Assembly: GCA_024704765.1 (NCBI GenBank)
Contig: JAKMXF010000022.1
Location: forward strand, 759,055 to 823,054
Length of the DNA stretch: 64,000 nucleotides
Source: Oopsacas minuta
Lineage: Eukaryota; Animalia; Porifera
Reading direction: 5' to 3'
Position 1 is the stretch's first letter; each line of letters begins with the position of its first letter. Below, in pieces: positions 25,086 through 35,900 of this stretch. A model generated the notes under the pieces. It saw nothing but the letters and a program-made list of their open reading frames with translations. It did not search any database and was not told where the DNA came from. The position numbers and the translations under genes were made by a program.

Positions 25086-25105
25086 AGTTAGATAATAGCG
25101 ATTAA
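23396..25105 (+). CDS. Caspase-NHL beta-propeller fusion protein, copy 2 (569 aa, intronless)
   Basis: Same architecture: RAGA, ISSHG, KPKLILMNGCRG, IESD/N, SDFFIIHS...ALRSNMIGSLF, then an NHL region almost identical to copy 1. In-frame upstream stop at 23360. Confidence 0.9.
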   Translation: MCDQIEDFSYPMKGDCRGVGIVIVNLFLNQRIHRAGAEFERENLSHLFTLMGLEVREYSELTSHEIVKLLIETAAEPRLRNDSMLAVAISSHGCEEGLLGINVEDRLTWLDTHQSDYKDGNDYVPPQQIRKIFNGKNCKQLAKKPKLILMNGCRGGGKEELIESDNMPTQTIPEQNATTWSDFFIIHSCAPGNIALRSNMIGSLFLDEFLKTYIEFGQYLPFEMMMPIANRKVIMTSSSKKNTISAQSCTWESSCTCILKVVPKDAVINKVPAKIQPDVDSFKLVWATCSKGLQGPNQMSDPSGLLITPNGQIYILDSVSRCIWVYSTDGEPMYQDISPKTYKQLVIGNLGLTYCWGMCLRDNFLFVSGTLALIKFSLVGGGLLTHKFHDVPISGMDIDENGIIYACERQSCKILLLDMDLNVLPEKLDLTHTLNPATDRLMDIKVLDDQLYILINMNTYIIQIFDKKGHHQRNLVSSKYLTECLYFAINRTTKTIFAGDIVTNELKAFSADGELMYKIGKHGDKRGNLIKPAGIDLTNDGEVVIVSPSKNKFMLQCFKVPPDKLDNSD

Positions 25106-25485
25106 TGACTATGCTTGAACTCAATATTTCAGATTTTATTAATTCTGTATTCATATGTTTGTTATCTTTAATTGTTATATATATTTTCGGCTATTTTATG
25201 CTGATGTATTGTCCAGTTTGATATTTTATTTATGTAATTATTGCTATAATTAATTATTCATGTTTTAACATTCTTTGACTCTCGCGTATTATGCCCTCGA
25301 AAATCTGCAATTCATCAATGTGTTTCCTATTTACAATTGGTTACTAAACTAACTTCAGTGCCGTATCCAGCCGTGGCAGTCTACTGCCGCAACTTTCCTT
25401 AACATACTATGTACTGTATTTTGTGGTCTTTACAATTAACAAATTCAATAATTAAAATCACTGAATTAGCTACCATTTACTCAAT

Positions 25486-25758
25486 ATGAGCTCTACATCA
25501 CAGAAACACCGTAACTTCGTGTGTGAACCTATGGGAGACAAAGATGTAAGAGAGTTAGCTGGTATCGGAGACGTTCTCTCAGGGAGATTAGCTGAGAAAG
25601 GTTTCGATAAGGCATTTGTTGTTCTTGGGCAATTCTTGTTACTTAAGAAGAATGAGGAATTATTTAAAGATTGGCTGAAAGAGAGTTGTGGTGCAAACTC
25701 TAAACAATCTCATGATTGTTACAGCTGTCTTAGCGAGTGGTGTAATTCATTTATTTAA
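25486..25758 (+). CDS. BANF1: Barrier-to-autointegration factor
   Basis: [24 protein letters not shown]...[17 protein letters not shown]; 90 aa. Confidence 0.98.
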   Translation: MSSTSQKHRNFVCEPMGDKDVRELAGIGDVLSGRLAEKGFDKAFVVLGQFLLLKKNEELFKDWLKESCGANSKQSHDCYSCLSEWCNSFI

Positions 25759-26318
25759 TGATATGCTACAACTACACAGTCAAACTCTCATTATTCTATC
25801 ATATACATGTACTGTTATCATAAATTGATCTGTTATGCTAGAATATGCTAGATTAAGAGTCTACATTTCATTTATGTACTCAGAGAGTGATACAGTCGAT
25901 GTTTAATTAATAGGGTTACATCGGGACCTGGCCATTTTGACCTAATTAATCGGATTATATGTGTTAGCCTGAGTTGATTAATATCATTTGTATGCCTCTG
26001 TTTATGGCCAACTGAGATAATTGATCTGTGGCTCAATATACGAAACTCCTTGAAAGCGATACATAAATATTATGAACAATCGAACTCCTGTTATATCGAA
26101 CACGGATATATCAAAATACCCGGTTATACCGGAGTCTTAAATTGTACAAATATGGTCAAATCGTCAAATTATATTCAAAATGAATCTAATTCAGTTATAA
26201 ATGTAAATTTATTGGAAGTTGGTATCTGATATGTCAATCCGTAAATTCTCACAGTTGTACGTATTGGATATATCATATATGTATATAAAACCTTGTAAAT
26301 TATCAGTTATATTCAATT

Positions 26319-27008
26319 ATGGAAAAATTATGGATCTGTCTCTTCGCCATTTTTCTATTTATAGTAGCTAATGCTGCTCTACGAGAACTGCAACTTGAAC
26401 CAGAGGACACAAAATTTGATCATCTCACGTTCACACAATTCTGGGCTCCAGAAGCATGCAGAAGCATAGATCCACGTTGTAAATTTACTAACGTATCCTC
26501 CGATTGGACTATCCATGGTCTCTGGCCTACCATGGGGAACACACACGGGCCGGCACATTGCACGAATGAGAGTTTTAATCAAAGTCTGCTGACAGCTGAT
26601 ATGTTGAAATTTATGGATAAATATTGGATAACTTATGTGAAATACGAACCTAATCCTAGCTTCTGGGAGCATGAGTGGATCAAACATGGAACATGTGCAG
26701 TGGATGGTGACAAGACTGAGTTTCTTAACCAGAAATCTTATTTTCAAACTACAATTAATCTATACAATAAGTATAATATAAGTACCATTTTAACGAAAGC
26801 GAATATTAAGCCGGGTATGAGTAGGCCATTGGATGATTTCTTAAATGCCTTTAAAACAAGTGAGATTGGAAAGACTGTGAGATTGGATTGTAACGGAGTA
26901 TTCTTGCTAGATGTAGAGATATGTTTTAATTTATCTCTGCAACCTATCGACTGTACAAGCCCTACTGGTTGTTCTTCTAAGAAGAATGTTAGCTACGAAC
27001 CATACTGA
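26319..27008 (+). CDS. RNASET2: Secreted/lysosomal ribonuclease T2
   Basis: Signal peptide, CAS I (WTIHGLWP), CAS II (FWEHEWIKHGTC), conserved cysteines. Confidence 0.96.
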   Translation: MEKLWICLFAIFLFIVANAALRELQLEPEDTKFDHLTFTQFWAPEACRSIDPRCKFTNVSSDWTIHGLWPTMGNTHGPAHCTNESFNQSLLTADMLKFMDKYWITYVKYEPNPSFWEHEWIKHGTCAVDGDKTEFLNQKSYFQTTINLYNKYNISTILTKANIKPGMSRPLDDFLNAFKTSEIGKTVRLDCNGVFLLDVEICFNLSLQPIDCTSPTGCSSKKNVSYEPY

Positions 27009-27605
27009 GTTACTGATTAATATCGTACTATGAGATCAGTTTATTTATACCTGTAGTAGGATTGTGTTTGTTTGTGTTGTTGGATAATAGCTAGTCATTG
27101 TTGTTTAGTAGCCCGATTGAAATTTATTAATACATTTGTCACATTAGTTTTCTCAAAATCTCTATCTCTATGCACAATGGATGTCTGTATGACGGGAAGC
27201 AACCTGTGACAAATGTCAGGATTTTCATATATAATTTCTCAATGAAAAGACTATGCTCAGAGGCTATGTCCTTAATGAGATTTTATGACCTCAATCTACA
27301 CTTATCAAGATTGCATGTTATCACACGATTACATGTAGTACTTTTATACAGCACAAAGTACAAATAAGGAAATCATAATATATGATTATGAGAAGAGCAT
27401 CTGTCATTAGGTGAACAGAGTAGCGTGTATTGTATATATCAGGCTGTAAGTGCTACATTTATATGAGATTCAGGCTTTGTCTTGTTGATCATATAAATAC
27501 TAATTCTTAAGGCATCACAGCAACAATTTCATGCAATTACATTAAAAATTACATTTTCTATATAATAACAATGACATAATCTATTTGTTTAATATTTTAG
27601 ACTCA

Positions 27606-28694
27606 ATGGCCGCGTCACGAGTTATGAACTCCTCCCGTATGGAGCTCCTAAATCTTGGTCCTTCCCCAATAGGCACCAGATGTGGTAGTTTACTACACCC
27701 TATAGAAGTAGCAGATCAATCAACCCTCACTAACATGTTTCTAATAGGAGGAGCAAACTCTAGTGAGACGATGTCAGATGTAGTCAGTTTCCAGATCGAG
27801 AGAGAGGGAGGTTGTCTCAACTGGGAGAAGAGGGAGTGTACTGGGGACTTCCCTGGGAGGTATGAAGCTGCTTCATTTGTACCCTCCTCACACCCTAGTG
27901 ACATATTCGTGTTTGGCGGTGGTTACGAGGAGGGGACTTATAACGACCTGTGGAAGTTGAGCACAAGGGAGAGTAGATGGGAAGAATTGGAACAAAAGGG
28001 GCCAACCCCCTCTGAACGTACACTCTACTCAGTTGCGCACCATGGAGATTGTCTCTACGTATGGGGTGGTGGCAGAGGGCAAACTGATCCGGTTAGAGAT
28101 ACACACGTTTATATTTTTGATGCAAACTCTCTTACATGGGAGATGACACCCTCTAAGGGGGAGCTGATACAGCCCAGACAGGGTCATGCCATGGTCTACT
28201 CAGAAGGTAACCTGTTGGTACACGCGGGTATGCAAGAAGACACTCTACTGGATGATCTGTTTCAGTTTGACCTAGCTACCTCTGAGTGGAGAGAGATTAG
28301 GAGTATCGGATTAAGACCTGAGGCCAGAGCGGCACACTCAGCTGTTTTAGTACCTTCTTCATCTGGCGCCCAAATAACCGGAATGATTATTTTTGGAGGT
28401 TTAGCTATTGCAGGCGCATTGAATGATTTCTGGTGTCTGCACACTAAATCTTGGGTATGGGAGAGGATAGAGTACCTCGGCAAACCTCCTGCCCCCCGGT
28501 TAGACCACTCGATGTGTCTCTGTACCAGCAGTTCATCCGTTCTTGACCTAACAGAGTCCAGCTGTGAAGATTCTCCCCCTACTCATTCCCCTATAGCTTC
28601 TCCTCTCCAAAAACACATATCAGTAGTTGTGTTTGGAGGCATGGATACAACAGGAACTGTATTGAAAGATGTCTTCTTATTGAAACTTAGCTAA
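27606..28694 (+). CDS. RABEPK: Rab9 effector protein with kelch motifs
   Basis: Kelch repeats (LIGGAN, RYEAASF, VFGGG, PRQGH, AAHSA, PRLDHSMC, VFGGMD) in the order typical of RABEPK. First ATG at 27606. Confidence 0.85.
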   Translation: MAASRVMNSSRMELLNLGPSPIGTRCGSLLHPIEVADQSTLTNMFLIGGANSSETMSDVVSFQIEREGGCLNWEKRECTGDFPGRYEAASFVPSSHPSDIFVFGGGYEEGTYNDLWKLSTRESRWEELEQKGPTPSERTLYSVAHHGDCLYVWGGGRGQTDPVRDTHVYIFDANSLTWEMTPSKGELIQPRQGHAMVYSEGNLLVHAGMQEDTLLDDLFQFDLATSEWREIRSIGLRPEARAAHSAVLVPSSSGAQITGMIIFGGLAIAGALNDFWCLHTKSWVWERIEYLGKPPAPRLDHSMCLCTSSSSVLDLTESSCEDSPPTHSPIASPLQKHISVVVFGGMDTTGTVLKDVFLLKLS

Positions 28695-28856
28695 CAAATC
28701 TGACGGATATTCTCTTATGTACACTTTGGTGTTCACTTACATTCTATTTTATATCAGCAGTGACCTGCTCTATGATGTTACAGGACTTTATCACTCATTG
28801 GTTGATCACTTGTTTGTACTAACTTATTATTAATAATAATATAATCATTAGGGATA

Positions 28857-30935
28857 TAGTGGTGTTCGCCTATTAGCAAGCAATATGAAGATCTTGGGTC
28901 TATCACTTTTGCGTACATTCATTTGCGTACAATGTTTTAATTTGGCAGTTGCGACTAATACATTTGCCTACAGCATTCAATTTATCATTTTGAGCATAAC
29001 TATAATTCTATTGCTAACTTTAATTAAATATGGAGTTGGTAACTTAAATAACACTCCAATACACAACTTATAGTAAGATTTTGAACGAAACTTCACAGCA
29101 GGTATAATAGTGTCGGTTTGTGTGCGAAAGAATTTACCAAGTTTATTAACGATTTTTTGTCTTTTTGGGATCTTCTCCACAAATATATCTCACATGTTTC
29201 AGTTCTACATTAGCTTGTTCAGTTTTCAAAGCCTTAATGAATTTCCAAATTGTGGGGTGGTGACAACCACATGTAGTTAAATATCCACCGTGCCATGCCT
29301 CGACCAAATTAGTAGTCCTAGGTAATTCTTGAGGTACAAGATGAAAAATATTCCAAAGATCAACGGGAAATAAGGAGGATTCTACCGCCATTTAGATTCA
29401 TCGCCCTATATATGTTTCCTCGAAATACTTACAAAGGGGATAAGCATTTTCGGGAAATATCGTAACAAGATGAACAAACGACCATCCAACAAGTTCATTT
29501 GGTATTGTTGCTGGAGGCCTAAGGACTGTACCTTTCGAAACACAGCCTGGGACAGGTGAAAGAAGCACGCTTTACTTGGGTTAGTGGCTAAATTAATTTA
29601 AAAGAATTAATAACCGCCTGTTCAAAATCGACAAAGAGAAAGTTAGGTTAGGAATTTGGACAAGCTTCGTTAATAACTTTCCACATTTTAGTGTAGGTAG
29701 TGGCTTTCTTATTGGGAAGCAATGCGTAAATACAAGGAAGTAAGTGTCCATTATCAAAGGGATTCGGACCTCCAGCAAGACAATGAATAGTGTAGAGCTG
29801 GGTAAATAGAGTAGGAACTGTTATAAACGTCCCATCAGCCAGTCAGATACTTGACATTGCTAGGAAATCTAAATTTTCTCTTGTAGCAAACATTACTATT
29901 CTCTCTGGTTTGGGTCCGGAGTCATAAAATAGGAAGTTCTTATCAGATAGTGTTTTTATATCAGACGCGTTTAATTCTAGATCTTCAACGGAATGTGGAA
30001 TTGGTGCGACAGTACGTTGTCTCTTATACATCAGCTTTAGAGCATGTTGTAATGGTAATAGAGATTTTGCTGCCTCTGATAGGGAACTCGTTTCTTCTCC
30101 AATAGCTATATGTGGATTATCGTGAGTTTCTCTTGCACGTTTCCTTAAGTTCTCTTTCGCAATCGCAACTTCCTCTTTGCCGTTTTCTTTTGAATGAAAA
30201 TGTTCTCCAAACATTTTGACAATCAAATCATCGACTGAGTGGACTCTTGCTTTGCACGTTTGGATCTCGCATCTCCATTCCTTCTTAAATATTCCCCGGT
30301 GGAATATGTATAAGGTTCCATCATGAGATAACTTATTTGTCCCCTTTGATGAAGACACTAATCGAAAGGTTAAGTCATTTGTAACCATTTATCATTTTTC
30401 TTACCGGTATTTGGTCATTTTGTACATTTTATTCATGTCAAAAAGTCTAAGTTTGTCAAATCACTTGTATTCTTGTGTTTTCAGATAAAACTATTTTGTA
30501 CGCAAGTGTAGTATATGTAACTATGAAATAAATACACTGTACACAAATACACTGTACACAAATGATATGTACACAAATGATATGTACACAAATGAGCGTC
30601 TCCCGAAGATCTTGTACTCCTCGCATTTTTTGATTATTTCACAAGATGTTTTGGTTGATTGCTTAGTGAAACCCAAAAGATCCTTGTCGCCATGTAAGTA
30701 TATGACAGACATGTATGCCAATTTCAACTTTCTATTTTGTATGTTTTTCTCTGGACAAACACACATATAATGATTGGCTTTTATAGTTACTTTAGTAAGG
30801 ATACATAAATTGCAAGTTTTTTCAAGCACTTTTGTTCGTTTTACGGTTTGTGCTTATTATAATTTGATCCTCAACTAGCGGGTTAGCGTACATGTAAATT
30901 AATAATATGATCGCTAATAAGCGAGCCTGAATTGT
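28857..30935. mobile_element. Degraded Tc1/pogo-like host element interrupted by the MULE
   Basis: Left end tatagtggtgttcgcctattagcaag resembles the MITE ends at 15205 and 34846. Inverted gctaataagcgag near 30915. The minus-strand fragment ..TSCEIIKKCEE.. is weakly like a psq-type HTH. Confidence 0.4.
28896..30604 (-). mobile_element. Mutator-like DNA transposon (FLYWCH + MULE transposase), inactivated
   Basis: Perfect 9-bp TSD gaagatctt (28887-28895 and 30605-30613). GGG-terminated TIRs with tttgygtaca subterminal repeats (15-bp tandem at ~30533-30590). ORF 29843-30388 has a FLYWCH motif (EWRC...CKARV...HFH). A stop replaces W in (W)LADGTF. C-terminal PRTTNLVEAWH...HPTIWKFI at 29146-29391. 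Confidence 0.92.
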
Positions 30936-31041
30936 GAATATCTAAATTTGCATGCTAAAGAATAACATTATAGATTATCCTGACTATCTTGTTATTATTA
31001 TTATTATTATTCTGTGTAAAATTAGATTTTGAGGTATAATA

Positions 31042-32577
31042 ATGCCTAAACACGATTTCCTAACTCCCAAAGCTATATCAAACCGAATTAAGGCTAAAGG
31101 TCTACAGAAGCTGCGATGGTACTGTCAGATGTGTCAGAAACAGTGTAGAGATGAGAATGGATTCAAATGTCATGTCACTTCAGAGTCTCATCAACGTCAA
31201 CTTCTCCTTGTAGCAGAGAATCCTTATAAATATACTGACCAATTTAGCAGGGTAGTACAGTGTACATTATATATTATTTGTTAGCTATTTTTAATCAATC
31301 TGGTTCTGTTTTTTGTAGGAATTTCTAGCCAATTTTCTGGACATACTTCGCAAGCAATATGGTACACGTAGAGTGCTAGCTAATACGGTATATCAGAGCT
31401 ACATAGCAGACAGAAACCATCTGCACATGAATTCTACTAGATGGATGACTTTAGGTAGTTTGTGTAAATGGCTAGGCAGAGAAGGTATCTGTAAAGTAGA
31501 TGAGACATCTCGTGGTTGGAACATAGCTTACGTAGATAGAGATCCTGCTACTATAGAGAGACAGAGTAGACTTAAGAAGAAGGAGAAATTAGAGACGGAT
31601 GATGAAGAAAAGACTGCTAAGTAAGTTTAGTACAATTCAATACTATATATTTCAACCAGGGATAATTATACTTTGTAATCGCTATAATTAGTTACAAACT
31701 CTCGCTGCAACGCTTGTCTGTATTTACGAGACTATGCTTGAAATCAGCCAAAATTATAATTGTAGAATTGTATTTAATTATATTTCCATCGAATACACCA
31801 GTACTCTTCAATATTTCTGGTACTTTGAATCATTAACGTTAATTATAAGTAACTCTTTGAGTTCATATGATCTTGAATTCCTTTCTGCTAATGTGTAGGT
31901 TCATAGAGCAACAAGTTGCCCGTGCTGCAATCAACCCTCCTTCAGATCCAGGCTATACAGAGCTACTGAGAGAAGAGGAAGATGGCAAGATACAATTCTC
32001 TATGGATACTAAGATGCTATCAACTCAATCTCAACCTCAACTTCCTACTCTACCTAATCCTCTTCAGTCAGCTGACAAGATCAAAGATACTCCCAAACCG
32101 AGCAGATCTCGAGACAGAGAACCCAGTGAGACAAGATCAATATCCAAGAGACCCAAAATATCAGCTCTAGATGAGATTAAAAGTATAGAAGAGAAGAGAC
32201 GAGAGAATAAGAATAGATTTGATCACTGGCTACATAAAGGAATTGTTGTCAAGATAAATACTAAATTATTAGGAGAAAATTACTTTAAGAAGAAAGGAGT
32301 TGTCGTGGATTTAGAAGATAAATTTATTGCTCTAGTGAAGATGATAGATTCTGGGGATGTGCTTAAAATGGATCAAATTTATCTTGAGACTGTAATACCA
32401 AATATTGGCAGAGATGTGCTGATTGTTAACGGGGCTAACAGAGGATCAAATGGTAAAATAATGAGAGTATGTCCTGAGTCATTTTCAGTAGATGTAGAAA
32501 TGCTAGATGGGGTTTTGATAGGGACAGTGGTGAAACAATTGGAATATGAAGATGTTTGTAAGCTGCATAAAGAGTAA
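31042..32577 (+). CDS. KIN: DNA/RNA-binding protein KIN17 (3 exons: 31042-31251, 31319-31620, 31899-32577; 396 aa)
   Basis: MPKHDFLTPKAISNRIKAKGLQKLRWYCQMCQKQCRDENGFKCH zinc finger, winged helix and C-terminal KOW/SH3-like domains. GT-AG introns keep the frame. Confidence 0.97.
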
Positions 32578-32950
32578 AGGATATTTGTTGATTAATTTGT
32601 TTGGCATTTGGCAGATGATAAGATAAATACACAATTAAATAGAATGTATTAAATAATATCTGGAATGTGAAGAATGGATTTATTCATGCAACTTTCCCAA
32701 GTCTTATTTCATGAAATAAGTTTATAAACGTATGTAAATGTTCGTAAATACGAAAACTAATAATAATTGTAAGAAAGTGCTTACGCTTTCTTAAGCTTAA
32801 AGTGATAAAGTATTCGTACTAACGGAATTCTGCTGTAATTGATTTTATCTAAGTTAACTGGCGTAATTCTTTATGAAATAATCTTATTCTAAGATTTCTT
32901 CTCAATTATACAATCATTATTACACAATATTATAATTTATTCATTTATCA

Positions 32951-35900
32951 ATGCAGAGTGTTAGAGAACCAAAATACATATTCTCGGATTTACTGACTCC
33001 AGAAGATGATCCTCCAAACCCTGACAAATCGGGAGACAGTTCCTTTCTCCTCTCTCTCTCCTCAGGTCATGCCCAGACTTCAAGACATCTGTTCAACTTA
33101 ACACCTGAAGACACTAACACACCTCAATCTAGAGGAGTTCTTAGAAAGAATCGAATTAATAACAGGTCAGCATAAATTTATACTAATTTGAATGATATTT
33201 ATGCATTTATCATTCTTGTTAGTTCTCTAGGTAAAACGAATAATCGTAGCATCATAGGAACAGCTATTACTCCTGGACAACCTCAAACTGCTAATATCAT
33301 AGCTCTGGTAGAAGGACGTGGTATGACTAAGGGACAGATCGGAATGGCTAGTCTAGACCTGAAGAGTCCAGAATTGATCCTTTCTCAGTTCCCAGACACT
33401 CAAACATATGCTCGTCTCCTCACCAAGCTAAACATACTACAGCCTGTAGAGATAGTGCTGCCTGCTACTCTGTGTCAGGTTAGGCCAAAACAATAATAAA
33501 AGAATTCATGAATTTGTTTTCCGGATTTAGTATTTTGTGGATAGAAATCAGAGAACTTAGATTTAGAATATAATGAGAATATGGATATATTGGGACCTAG
33601 TAATTCTCATTTTTGTTGCTCAACAGATTACTTATATTTGATATTTGAGGGTATCAGTTAAGTGCTTCTATTAATAATTCAAATTTTCTTAGGTTTAATA
33701 GCCTTAAGATTACAATAATCGGATAAATATTATCATTTATTTGATGTGTAGGATACAACTCTCATTACAGGAGCTCAGTCAGGTTCAGGAGCAGGTAAGA
33801 TTAACAACCTCTACGGCCTCCTAGCTGATCAGTTCCCGAATACAAATGTAGCTTCTGTTCAGCGTAAATACTTTAACGAAGCTAAGGGTCAAGAGATGAT
33901 AGGGTTCCTGTGTGTACCAGAGTTCAGTAGTGTTGTAGAGATAGAGCTCAGTGATAAGTACTATTGTCTTGCTTGTGCATCAGCTCTACTCAAATATGTA
34001 GAATTTATACAAAATGTGAGTTTCGCGAGAGCTTCTCTTAAAGTATCTTTCAGGGGCTCGGACCAGACAGTAATGATTGATGCGAATACTGCACAACGTC
34101 TGGAGCTGATTGTAAACTCACAAGATCCTCGTAACGGTCTCAGTCTATACAAAGTTATCAACTACACCAAGACAGGTCCTGGGAGTCAGATGCTCCGTTC
34201 TAATCTCTTACAGCCCCCCTGTTCTAGACAGACTATTGAGATGAGATTGGATTGTGTACAAGAGCTAACTGAACAACCAGATGTGTTCTTTGCTTTGCAA
34301 GGAGTACTAGGCAGGTACATTTGTAGGGAATTAACATTAAAATCATTTGCAGCCTTATTTCCTATTACACATTACTACTTATAGATTCATAGATGTGAAT
34401 CGTCTGCTGGGTCCTTACATACAAATCTCAAAACAGGAGAGTATACGTAGTTCTGAATCTAAGATTAATTACGTCATCCAACTGAAACATGTTTTGGAGC
34501 TTGTTCCTCCGTTGAGGAGCTGTATGGAGGAGTGTCATGCTCCTCTAACTAAGGCTTACTTCCAGGGACTGACTGACTCCAGATTTGATGCCATCCTAGA
34601 GAATATCAGGAATGTACGCTGCATGTAATAATACATAAGATTAGCTATACTCAATCTTATCAACACCTTTCACAAATTTCCTGAGAATTTCCTTGCCGAA
34701 TCCCAGGATATTTATCCCATTTCACACCTTTATTTCAGGAAGTTCGAGTCCATTCTGTATTTGAAATAATTACTTTAACAGCAAATTTGCATATTAGCAA
34801 GGGAAATTCGTGCAAAATATGACTTGCTATTAGGTGAACTCCACTGTAACTATGGTTACTATAGGTTGTTCATGATGATACACGATACTCTAAAGGCACA
34901 CTTAACACAAGAACGCAGAAATGTTTTGCAGTTAAGCCTGGCATTAACGGTATGCTAGATGTAGCTAGGAGGACTTATACTGAAATAGTAGATGACATCA
35001 GCACGAAAGTCCGCTCCTACGCTGAAGAGACACAACTCCCTATGCGTTCTGCATTCAGCACAGCTAAAGACTTTCATATACAGTTACAGCTAGCATCAGG
35101 AACCTGTAGTATACCTCTCCTACCTCCTAAGTTCATTAAGGAATCCAAAATAAAGAATAGAGTGTTATTCACAACTCAAGAACTAATTCATTGCAACAAC
35201 AGAGTAAAAGAAAGTTTGAATGAGATATATCTTATGACTAATCTTGTACTGTCTAATCTTATGGATGGCATCAGAGAAAATATTGGTAACATTCAAATAC
35301 GTACAGTTGACGGATTTTGCTGTATTTATATGATTTCTAAATTACAGTCGAGCTTGCCTATAACAGCCACCGAGGGGACTTGCCAAAATTGGCCACTGTA
35401 CAGGTGGAAACAGGTTCCAAAATACATTTACAGTCGAACCGGTTATTCTAACTTTTTTTGCAGGAATATGTACATATGTAGTAAGAAATACCGATTGGAA
35501 ATGAAATTAATCATTTTTACAATCTGAGGAGAAATGTAGTCAGAAAACGATAAGCTGAAAAACACAAGTTTCGACTGTATTTTCATATTTCCATTTCTTC
35601 AGGTTGTCTATACAAGCTAGCCGAGTGTATCGCTACCATGGATATGCTGGTTTCCCTAACACATTTCTGCACCCTTGGGAAATACACCAGACCTGAGTTT
35701 ACGGATACTCTTGCTGTCAAACAGAGCAGACATCCTATCCTAGACAAAACTCTAAATGATACATTTGTATCTAACAACATTTATGCTTCTAATGATACTC
35801 GTCTGTCTGTGATCACAGGTCCTAATATGAGTGGCAAATCTACTTATCTCTGTCAGATCGCTTTAATTCAGATATTAGCTCAGATCGGTTGTTTCGTACC

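Noticed and set aside
30533-30590. 15-bp tandem repeats resembling a mini-array
   Set aside because: No unique spacers; these are subterminal repeats of the MULE TIR, not CRISPR.
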